DNA of 64,000 nt from Antedon mediterranea (lineage: Eukaryota; Animalia; Echinodermata), in NCBI RefSeq assembly GCF_964355755.1, contig NC_092676.1, forward strand, positions 21,284,871 to 21,348,870. The letters run 5' to 3'. The position numbers and the translations under genes were made by a program. Below the pieces are notes generated by a model, which searched no databases, was not told the origin of the DNA, and was given only the letters and a program-made list of their open reading frames with translations. This document shows, piece by piece, positions 41,588 through 53,500 of the stretch; position 1 is the first letter of the stretch, and every line of letters begins with the position of its first letter.

Positions 41588-44500
41588 CTATTGCTGCTTG
41601 CATTCACTTGGTTTGTTATCCTACAGATTAAAAGAAAAAGTTATAATATATTGACCCCTGAAAAAATGCTTTAAGACATTTTTTTGTTATTAAATATTTC
41701 ATGTTATTCACTTTGATTAGATTTAAAAAAAAAATGATTTACCTGAAAAAACAAAACACAAAAATAGTCAAATTGTCGGTCAGACAATGGGTTCTTGGTT
41801 ATATTTAACCATTTAGGTTTATACAGTGGAAAGAAAGAAGAAAATGCGTACCACTAACTTAGATGGCTGATGATATTGGAAATGTAACTAAGTGCTGTAT
41901 AACATATCATGCAAAATGAAGAATGTCATGCACTATATGTTTGTATGAAAAAAAAAGGTGAACTATCCTATCAAAATTAACCTTTTCATGCACATATAAA
42001 CGAGAATTCCCAAATGTTAGCTATCTATTGCTTACTCTATGTTCCTGGACATCTGTTAAAAGGCTAGCATTGGCTACAGAAGAATTTGTAATCAAATTAT
42101 CAATATTCATGTTTTAAGTTTTTAAAGGCCTACCACATGTACTACCTGACCTGCACTTTTTATTCGTGAATTATGTAACTAGTGTAACTACTGTTTACAG
42201 TACATGTAGGTCGTCGATATGCATTAGCTCTGTTAATTTAATTCAATGTGCATCTGCCACAGATAAACATACCTCCTTCCCTTTACAACTTGGTGGGAAT
42301 ATTTGGTTTAAAGAGACACCATGTTTAAATCCTAATTGTACGGAGAGATAAAAAATACCATTCCATGTAATTTTTAACATTTTTTGTTGCTGTATTAAAA
42401 TCTTCACAATTAAATGTTTGGGCATACTGAAACTCTGACACCATTTTCTGAATTTAGTTGCTGTAGCTTTTACGAACACCTTATGTTTCTATTCTTGAAC
42501 TCAACAAACTTTAAATATAATGTTTTCACAGACAATATTTTTCTAGTTTGAATATCCAGTGTTGCTTCTAGACACCACACTGATTATCTAGTGTAGTGTT
42601 GCTTCTAGACAACACACTGATTATCTAGTGTAGTGTTGCTTCTAGACACCACACTGATTATCTAATGTAGTGTTGCTTCTAGACACCACACTGATTATCT
42701 AGTGTAGTGTTGCTTCTAGACAACACACTGATTATCTAGTGTAGTGTTGCTTCTATACATTACTCTCCACATATAAATGTTAGTGTTACATATAAATACT
42801 ACTTGAATATCTATTGTTGCTTCTAGACGCTAGTAAGAATATCTGGTGTTGCGTCTAGACATTACTCTAATCTAGTAGTGTAGCCTAATACACTATACAA
42901 AATATTTAGTGTGGCTTCTAACTACACCGGGACTACACTATTCTAAATATCTAGTGTTGCTTCTAGATGCTAAACAGGGACTATCTAGTGTTGGTTTCTA
43001 AACACTATTCTAAATATCTAATGTTGGTTCTAGATGCTGCACAGTGACTATCTAGTGTTGGCTAGATGCTAAACAGGGACTATCTAGTGTTGGTTTCTAA
43101 ACACTATTCTAAATATCCAATGTTGGTTCTAGATGCTGCACAGGGACTATCTAGTGTTGGTTTCTAAACACTATTCTAAATATCTAGTGTTGCTTCTAGA
43201 TGCTAAACAGGGACTATCTAGTGTTGGTTTCTAAACACTATTCTAAATATCTAATGTTGGTTCTAGATGCTGCACAGGGACTATCTAGTGTTGGCTAGAT
43301 GCTAAACAGGGACTATCTAGTGTTGGTTTCTAAACACTATTCTAAATATCTAATGTTGGTTCTAGATGCTGCACAGGGACTATCTAGTGTTGGCTAGATG
43401 CTAAACAGGGACTATCTAGTGTTGGTTTCTAAACACTATTCTAAATATCTAATGTTGGTTCTAGATGCTGCACAGGGACTATCTAGTGTTGGCTAGATGC
43501 TAAACAGGGACTATCTAGTGTTGGTTCTAGATGCTAAACAGGGACTATCTAGTGTTGGCTAGATGCTAAACAGGGACTATCTAGTGTTGGTTCTAGATGC
43601 TAAACAGGGACTATCTAGTGTTGGTTTTTAAACACTATTCTAAATATCTAGTGTTGCTTCTAGATGCTAAACAGGGACTATCTAGTGTTGGTTTCTAAAC
43701 ACTATTCTAAATATCTAATGTTGGTTCTAGATGCTGCACAGGGACTATCTAGTGTTGGTTTCTAAACACTATTTAAATATCTAGTGTTACCTTTAGATGC
43801 TGCACAGGGACTATCTAGTGTTGGTTTCTAAACACTATTCTAAATATCTAGTGTCACTTCTAGATGCTGCACATGGACTATCTAGTGTTGGTTTCTAAAC
43901 ACTATTTAAATATCTAGTGTTACCTTTAGATGCTACACAGGGACTATCTAGTGTTGGTTTCTAAACACTATTCTAAATATCTAGTGTCACTTCTACAGTA
44001 TGGCAGGTATTCTTACCTTGGATGGATCATAATCACTGTCTTCATCTTCCTCCTCTTCATTCACCTAAACAATAAATAAATATAAGGTATTAACATGTAG
44101 CAGCTAGGGCTAAGGCATTTTATACAGCTTATTTTCATTCATAACCTGAAGAGGTAGTTCAACTACCTTTAATCAAAATGTACATTTAACTATACATCAT
44201 ATGATGACCATTATTTAAATTATATGCAAATTTGATATTTTTTTTACTTAAACAAAACAATTTGATAGATTTACCTCTTCCTCCTCTTCTTCAAACTAAA
44301 AAAAACAAAAAAATTATTTAAAAAATTATTTCATTCATTGTAAAAGAGGCATAACTCCCTCCTTCCACAAAACAATATTGCCTGCCCACTTGTTTTTTAT
44401 AGCACTCTAAATGGTGATAAATGTAATAATGGAAATGGATAGCATAAAAGTCACACTATGGTTCTTTTTATGCTCAACTGGAAACCTACAGTGAATGTGT

Positions 44501-47500
44501 AAAAATGACCTAAAATTATTTTTTTATTTACGCATAAATAATCTTACTTCATCCTCTATGGCTTCGCCTGTGAAGTACAATACAGCTCGTGGGACAACAC
44601 GTTCCTTGAAAAAGTGACCAATCTCAAAATCTGCACTCAACAGTGATTCGGTCTCTTCATCCTGGGAGAAAATAGATTTGAAAGTAGGTTGAGAATCAAT
44701 AAATAAATGCTTCTGCTCAAGATTCCCAACTATTATGAATCGGAAAAAAACCTCAAAAAGGTATGGCTGTCGGGCAAGTCATTAGAGGGTGCTGAAACAT
44801 AGACACCACATTTTGATGGGGTCTGTACACACATAACAGGTTTGCAGAAAAAGATAAATAAGTAGAGAAAATAGGGAACTTTGGATTTTCGACGAACTAG
44901 GACCTTCGTTATTGGTTGTTTGCTAGAATTAAGCTAAAACTGTGCTAAAGAAATTCAGGAAGGATCATGTTCCAATGTCTCGATGTAGTTTCAAAGGTCT
45001 CTATTATGTACATAAATCCCCTTTCACATTGCCTTCATTAATGACCTAGGTTAAAGAATTAAAAACAAAATCGGAAACGGTTGGACTTGTGTACTCACCA
45101 CTTCCACACCCTCTTTTGGTACAGCAGGTGGACTGAAAAAATTGAAAAATGAATCGTTTTGCTCAGTTTTAGTAACCACTCGAGTTGTTCCTTTACCCTT
45201 GTGCTTTTGTTTCTTCTTGACGAGTCTCACAGTTATATTTTTGCCTTTCTTCCAATCGATAGTACAACTGTAGAGAAATAAAATTAACGCTGTGGCTAAA
45301 GATACGGTACCGTATTCTAACTTCTGTTTACTAAAGATACGGTAAAATTGCATTACGTCATAATCAGCCAATGGGGTGCTGGTACGTGTGTGACGTCATC
45401 GTATAAGGACTTTGTGGATTTTTTTCATATCACGAAAACCATGGAGGTATGGCGAAAACAGTGATCAACCGCATTTTCTTTATGCTTTATTTATCGCTAT
45501 TATCGCCGTCGTGTGTGACAAAAACTAAATGTAGCCTACGTCTGTTATTATTATTGAAAAGCCATGTTGATTTTAATTCTAGAATAGAGAAAACCGTTTT
45601 AAAAGAGGCCTAGGCCTACTTACTACGTACTATGTATAACCTCATTATATGAGTTTGTTTGTGTAGGGAAAGCGATGCCAGGCTGTGGCCAGCTGCATAT
45701 GTGTGCTGTGCGCTGATTTCTGTGACTCGTCAGCCCTGGGGCTTCACTGCTGTCTAAATCATAGTATTTAAGAGCCCCTTTATTGTCCGCATTTGCTTGT
45801 TGTTTATGGTCACCATTGTAAACAAAGTTTTAAAAAAATATAGGCCTAAATAGGCCATTTTGAATAAAAATAAAACCCTCATCTGCAGCGCACACACATC
45901 CACGCAGCCTGGCGCCGCCGATAGGAATTCTCTACATATTGTATACAACCAACAACAGACGCGGGCTATGGGTAGGTACCTAACATAAAAATTCAAACTT
46001 ACTGAAACAGATCGAGTCATACATCAAAAAATGAAGGAAAAAAATAGAAATTTAATAACACAAAAATAATTAAAATTCGTCAACATGGTAATTTTTTATA
46101 ATTTTTTTAATGTTTTTTTTTCATAAAAAATCAGTATAGGCATTTCAATGCATAAGAAAAAAAAAGTGTGGCAATGAAGTGCAATATTCTTAAAAATAGT
46201 TTTAAAATTATTATTTAAATTAATTATTTTTCCAAACATGAATCTACCTCTTCTCAACAACAACCAAAACCATTTATGTTATAACAACTCCCCCCCCCCC
46301 CCCCGGAATTATTACAAATTGTCTTTTAGTCGAAATCACAAACATACTATACTTGCACACCCAAATCCAATTACTTTATAACAACTTTTTCCCTACCCTC
46401 ATGATATGCTTTTAGGAGAATTTAATCTACCTGAGATAAAAGGGCTGTTAAATAGTTAAATGTGAAGCTCCCGACAACTCAAATGGCAAGGGGACCAATT
46501 TTGGGGCCTCTTTTTTTGTTATGTTTATCAACGATTTTCCCATTGTTCCTCATTATTCTAATGTTTTGTAATGTTTGTTCTTATGTTTGCTGAAGATACA
46601 AACCTTAAATAATATGTTGTTGTTACAAGATGATGTTGACAGACTCATTCACTGGTGTAATACCACTCACTGTGTAAAGTTGAAGGTTCTGTTGATATTT
46701 TCCTTGATTCGCTTGCATGTTTCCGTCAAAAGGTTTTGTATAATTAATGTCTAAGTTTGTCTAATTTATTATCTATTATATTATATTGTCTTTCAGCCCT
46801 GTTTATGGTGACGTGTGGTCACTGTAGTATGATTCAAGATTCAAGAAATTTTATTTGTCTATAAAAATGGAAATTCACTTTGCTTGGTAGATTAAAACAA
46901 TTGCAACCATTTAAAACGATGATGAAATATAGTATTTTTACAAAATAGTTTTCTTTAAATTTATTTTCTATACATTGTCAATATACATATTTACAAAGTA
47001 CCTCATTACATCAATATACCTAATCCCTGCATATCCCCTCACAATTTTTTCAAATTTTAAAAATATATTTGGTCTGTAATGGTTTCTGTTGATGATGATT
47101 GTGGTTCTGAGATGGTGCATCCAGTTTGACAAACTTTGAGAAATTCTTGACTTTAAAAACATCAAATTTAGCTACTTTCTTTTTAGCAGAATTCTTTACC
47201 AAATTAAATACAGTAGATTTTGGATTTACAGCAATATTGTATAATAAAAAATATTTTAGATATCTTCTTATGTCTTTTTTTTGACTTAGGTAAAATATAT
47301 ATATGTATTGTGTCCGTTTTGTATCGAATCGAACCTGCATCGCTTGGTATCTCAAGATAGTGCGGTCTGATAAATTGCAGCAGAGTCAATCCCAGTGGTT
47401 CCTCCATACTATGGATCGTCACAACTGTAAAATAATATATATTTAGCATATTTAACTATATATATTTTTTTAAACAAATAAATTTATTTTTTTTTCAATT

Positions 47501-50500
47501 AAAGAATGTGTTGTTATAAATAAGTGAAAGATAACGAAATACAAGCATTTCAACCAGATGAAAAAAACAAAAAATTAAGGGTCAAAGTTTAAATGGACAA
47601 TAGACAATACAAAATCATAATCTACACCAGCTTGGGTAAAAACACGCACTCTGATTGGCCGCATTGCAAACTGACAACCTAGCGTACTAATATTCATACG
47701 GGTTATTGTTATTAATGAAAAATATTTATTTGCAATCTTTTAAAATCGCTGTATTCTAAAAACTTTAGTACCAAAACATAATTGAATGTTATAAATCAAA
47801 CATTGTTTTATTTTATTTCCTACATATTTAGAGTGATTTAGAGTGAAATATATTATGTATACAAAGTAGTCGACATAGACCGTCAAAGGCCTATTCTTTA
47901 ACCAGGGAGATACATCCCTGCGTTAACACTACATCCTATGCTATGCTAGGTAAACATTTGGAAAAAATACAAAATTTCAACATCTAAAAATTCCATTGTA
48001 ACATCTATCAATATACACAAAACTTATGTCAAAATAATCGTAATAGCATGTAGTATATGGACTGAAACATGAAAATAATGGACTAACTCACTTTTTATGA
48101 AAAAAAGACGTGTTTTGATGAGGCATATTTTCGAATCGTTGTAACTCATGAAATGAACATCAGAAAAAAAAAGAAAAAATTTCCCAGCTTTAGAACAACT
48201 TCCTGTTGACATTTTGCTACCAATAATGTCATCATTAGCCAACCAGAAGTAATTTTAAAGATTTTTTTAAAAAAGGACCTTCAGCGCGAACTGAATATCA
48301 GGTCACACTTTTTTGGCGACATCAAAAAGGGGCGTGTCACCATAAGTTGCAGGTACCTACTATGGGGCATGAGCCAAAAAGAGGCCTAGAAAACGAATTT
48401 CGTGATCTCCTAACGGGGGGGAGGAAGATATTCACACAGTTTATAGTTAATAATTAGATTAACACAAATTCAGCCGGTCCCGCTTTCAAAAGTTACGCAA
48501 TAAGTGTAATTTTAGGTGTAAAAAAATCGAATTTCTCAACATAAAGAAATAGCGCCCTCTATTTTGTATATTTTCTGTTAGTGTTAGTACTGGATAAAAT
48601 ACAATCGTTCCATTGGAATAACTTATACTGTATCTTTCTTTCACATTTAACATGCAATATTTTTATCATAATTTTGAGATTAATATTGTAGTCCTTGTAA
48701 GAAATGTATCTGTTAGTAAACCTTAATTAATATTTATTTAAGCACGCTGAAAAGAAGATGCATTTTCAATCTTTATAATTCATGACTATGCTGTCACAAA
48801 ATATTTATTAATACTATCTCTCCTATATAATTGCAACTTTTTGTTTTCATTGGATGCATAACATAGAATTAAAATCAATTAGTAATAAATCAAATGTTGC
48901 ATTATTGTTTTCATTGTAGATGTATAACATAGAATTATAATCAATTAGTAACAAATAAATGAAATTATTACAGCAAAGTTTCTTATAATACTCCTGTTTC
49001 TTAATATTGCTTATCATCTCATGGGTTCTTTATTTTATACTTTCTCATGGTTTATCCGTTACGTTACAAAATAGTTAAGTTACAAAATAGTTTAATATAA
49101 ATTTAAATTTTATAGGCATATTAATGTATTGTAAGCATCAAAGTAGAAAGTTTCTTATAATACTCCTGTGTCTTAATATCGCTTATCATCTCATGGGTTC
49201 TTTATTTTATACTTTCTCATGGTTCATCCGTTACGTTACAAAATAGTTAAGTTACAAAATAGTTTAATATAAATTTACATTTTATAGGCATATTAATGTA
49301 TTGTAAGCATCAAAGTAGAAAGTTTCTTATAATACTCCTGTGTCTTAATATTGCTTATCACCTCATGGGTTCTTTATTTATACTTTCTCATGGTTCATCC
49401 TTTACGTTACAAAATAGTTAAGTTACAAAATAGTTTAATATAAATTTACATATTATAGGCCTATTACATTAAAATCATGTAGACCAAGTAAAATGAACAT
49501 TTGTAAACCATAAATTACACTTAAACTACACTAAAAAGTTCTTCCTGCTCAAACTCTTCCTCATCATCGCTATCATCTCCATCAATTTCAAACATCTGAT
49601 GTATGAAGAAGATTGTTACAGTTTTTGCACGAGCATAATTCTGTACAAGAGAATCCTAAGGATACACAGCATTTTTCATTTGCAACCCCTTCATTGCATT
49701 TTGACTTTTTACATGACCAGGATTACAATTCGAGAATGCTGTGTAGAGCAGGTTGCTTCTCCATCCAGTCAATTACGAGTTTATTATCGGCCATCTTCCA
49801 CCCATTTCCAACAGGAGATGGAGCATTTTGTTGTTGAATAAAACTAGCTTTGTGAATTGAAGCTTGAGAATTGGCATGCTGAATATGTTTATATACAGTA
49901 TCTTTATTGTGTGGCATCATATTTTCAGCTCTTACATTCATTGAGAACATTGCATACCTTACTTCATTGACAGATTGGTTCTTGTGACAATACTGTACAT
50001 ACAAATGTTTCTAGATCACAAAGTAATTCATCTGAAAGTTTGCTGGTAGAATTGCCCAATGAAAAGAATGCATAAATTAGAGTTTTCCATTACGAGTTTC
50101 ATTGCCTTCACTTTACCGTTCCCAAAAAAAGCGCTGACTGAATCGCATCCTGTGAAGCAATGTAGTCTAATTAATGCATTTGAAACATCATTTCCAATAT
50201 GTTCCTGAATAGCCTGCAGATGAATTGTTCGGAGATTAGCATCTTTTCCAGTATTGAAATATAGGTGAGAGCCATGCAGACTTTTGCAAAATGCCAATCC
50301 AATAATAAAAACATCATCAGTGTCAGGGCTGATTGTAACAATATCTTTACCACCATGGTGTGCAGCATACTTCGCATACAGAAACATTCTGGTGTCTGCC
50401 TCTTCTTGATTAAAACTTTTCCATTTGATTCTGAAATAGAATGGCATAATAATGATGATGTTATGAATACATTTATTCCCTTGAGGTGATCTGCTTCACA

Positions 50501-53500
50501 CATGCTTCATATTTGAAAGAAGAACTTGATTAGCAGATAAAAATGTTTTCAACTGTTCTGGAATTTGCTGTTCGGCTTTTGGTATTTTAATTGTTTGTGA
50601 GCCGATGGCTACTCTTCGACTTCGTTCAGCATTTTTTATGCAGTTTGTGTAATTGCTACATGTGATCGCAGAACTCTCCTTCGTTTAGTAACTCTTCTGT
50701 TGACTCTAATCCTTCAAATTCTTCTGTAAAAAAAAAGAATACTAATTAATATTTATGATTCTAAATGTTTGTGTAATAAGTATAATAATATAATCAGTTC
50801 AGTATCATCTATACACTATTTAATATTGCAGTACAAGAATTCAAATAATATGTCTCAAATAACAACATAAAGCATCAGGTTGGTCCATTCTGTCCTTGCC
50901 TGAGGCTACTTGCCAAGGTTTGCATGTGTTATGCGCGATTTGAATGATTTGCGCAATTTGAAATTGCGCAAAAAAATCCTTGCGCAATTTGAAATTGCGC
51001 AAAGAATTCTTGCACAATTTAAAATTGCGCAAGGATTTTTTTGCGCAATTTCAAATTGCGCAATCAACTTGCGCAATTTCAAATTGCGCAAGAAAATCTT
51101 TGCGCAATTTTAAATTGCGCTGCACAATTTGTAAATTGCGCAAGATAGTTCTTGCGCAATATGACACCTTTGCGCAATTTGAAAACGAACTGTAAATTTT
51201 CCCATACATGGCTAGGCTAGGCCTAGGCAGAGGAGTTTAAAATTTAGTATTTTATTATATAAATAAGACCATTTCAATGAAGATAATGTTTAATACTCAC
51301 TTTTTAAGTTTTTAATATTAGTTTAAGCTAGGCCATGTAACCTAGTCAGTATCAGTAGTCCAGACCCTAGCTAGGCTAGAGTAGGCCTAGTATAGCCGGC
51401 CGCCCGCGCCGCGCCCGCCTGGTGGAACGTCACCACCGCTTCGTTTTCCTTCGTCGGTTCTTCGACGGTATGCTAACTTATAACAATATTTGCACTACTA
51501 AAATAAGGAAATGTGATATTTATCTTTAATTTTGAATCATTCTTAGAAATTAAATACTATAAAAATATGGGTGTGCATGATTTCACAATCTGTCGAAAAA
51601 CCTTGCGCAATTTGCAGATTACTTGCGCAATTTAATACGTTGCTTGCGCAATTTGAAACACATGTTTCAATTCAAATTGCGCAAGGATTTTTTTTGCGCA
51701 ATTTCAAATTGCGCAAATCGTTCAAATCGCGCATAACACATGCATTACCACATTGAATAATAAAATGCAAATGTTTTTTTCCCAAGATGGAGGTACCATC
51801 AAACTAGGTTCACTACACAATAATACTGGGGCCACCCTAGCTAGGCCTAATTCATATTGTAATTATGGGTTCATTTTTTGTTGGCCCAGATATTTAAAAA
51901 AAATTATATACTAGGCCTAGCCTACTCTACGTAGGCTTAATACATATTAAAAAAATAAACTTTGTAGACTACCCACCGCCAACCTACCTAGAGCTAGGCT
52001 TTTTTTAGCAAGCAAGGCAGTATGATATGAACTAATTACTAGGCCTAGCTAGTAGGGGCCTAGCCTAGGCTAGACCTATCATTAAAACAAATAGAATTTA
52101 CCTTCTTCATTGTTGGATGAATTAACATCCTCTATTTCATATTTTACTGCTCGCCTTTGTTTGCTACAATCAGTGAAATATTGATAGCATCTTTTTATGA
52201 CATCCAGGTCGCCAGGAATTGGTAACAAGTATTGGTAAGCTCCTCTCAATATTTTCAAAAGGATTTGCGGCTACAAAACTCCTTTTGATTGCCGCTTAGA
52301 TTGCACCAACTTTTTGTACACATTAAAAAAGTTTTCCATTTGGTTTCTGTGAATGTTAATATTGTCCCAGAATTAGATGTATTGTGTCAATAACAACGTT
52401 TTTGATCATCAGAAGATGACATCTTCCTGCTCCGCGCTCCAGAAGAACAACACATGTTTGTTTACGATCGTCTAGTAGCCGTATCCCGCTGTGTAAGGGA
52501 ATCTGATTGGACAGTTACTGTTGCACAGCTCCATGAGTTAAAAGACAAATTTTTTGATTGGTCAATTGTGCGACCTGTACTGACCTACAAAAATCTTCTA
52601 TATCGCAATAAAATACATATAAAAACAAACATATTTCGTTGACGCGTAAAATTTACAAGCGGGACCGGCCAGTTTAAGGTTATCTATATTTTTGTTATAA
52701 TTGTCATAGCAATTTTATTCTCCCCCCCCGATAGGGGATCACGAAATGAAACGATAGAAGGCCATGCCGATGACGTCACACACGTACCAGCACCCCATTG
52801 GCTGATTATGACGTAATGCAATTTTACCGTACCTTTAGTAAACAGAAGTTAGAATACGGTACCGTATCTTTAGCCACGGCGTAAAATTAATGTAATTAAC
52901 AAAGAAACTAAAGCATAAATAGTTTATTAAACGTGAATAAACTGACAAGTTTCTTCAGGCATACTACAGATTCATTTTATTTAGTCATGTTAAAATATTT
53001 AAAACATATGAAATTTGTTTCCAGAGACAAAATTTATACAAATTCATTTAAAAATACATCAACAATTCAAAAAATGTGGTTAAAACAAGGTTTCCAAGTT
53101 TAAAATACAAATATTTAAAATACAGATTACTTTATAAAACTTTATTCGTATTGCACTTGGGAGAAAATAATCTATGTCTAATTTCCAGTTATTTACGCCG
53201 AAGCGTTATTACAATATTCAAGAACCATCTGGGAGACCGGCTAGTGAAGAGAGTGTACAAAGGAATGCAAGTAAATAACTTACCCTACGGAACTAATAAT
53301 TTCTGGTCCTTCGTAGCTGAATGGATCAGACTCGTCAGGTTCACATTTCATTGTATAGTGTTTCTTAAGAACTTGATTTGTGAAAAATACATTTTCTTCA
53401 AAATGGAATTCTAATGTAAAGCCCTGTGGTAAAATAAAAAAAAAAACAATTGATCAACCAATCACAGAATGAAGAGCTGGATGATTAAAATCATGCAGCA

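Larger units (their letters stand above)
45288..52881. mobile_element. 7.6-kb composite TIR DNA transposon with 9-bp TSD (AcademH- or Mutator-like ends) in a NAP1 intron
   Basis: About 114-bp near-identical TIRs at 45288-45401 and 52768-52881 (CGCTGTGGCTAAAGATACGGTACCG...). TSD TAAAATTAA at 45279-45287 and 52882-52890. Confidence 0.9.

Noticed and set aside
42558-43995. CRISPR-like array
   Set aside because: Eukaryotic intron, no unique spacers, no cas genes.
45268-45371. N-terminus of ORF 45051..45371 as a NAP1 start
   Set aside because: It comes from the transposon TIR and intron; only 45099-45267 is exon.
50841-51756. RNFKLRK / CAISNCA repeat ORFs
   Set aside because: Products of TTGCGCAA subrepeats in a MITE.
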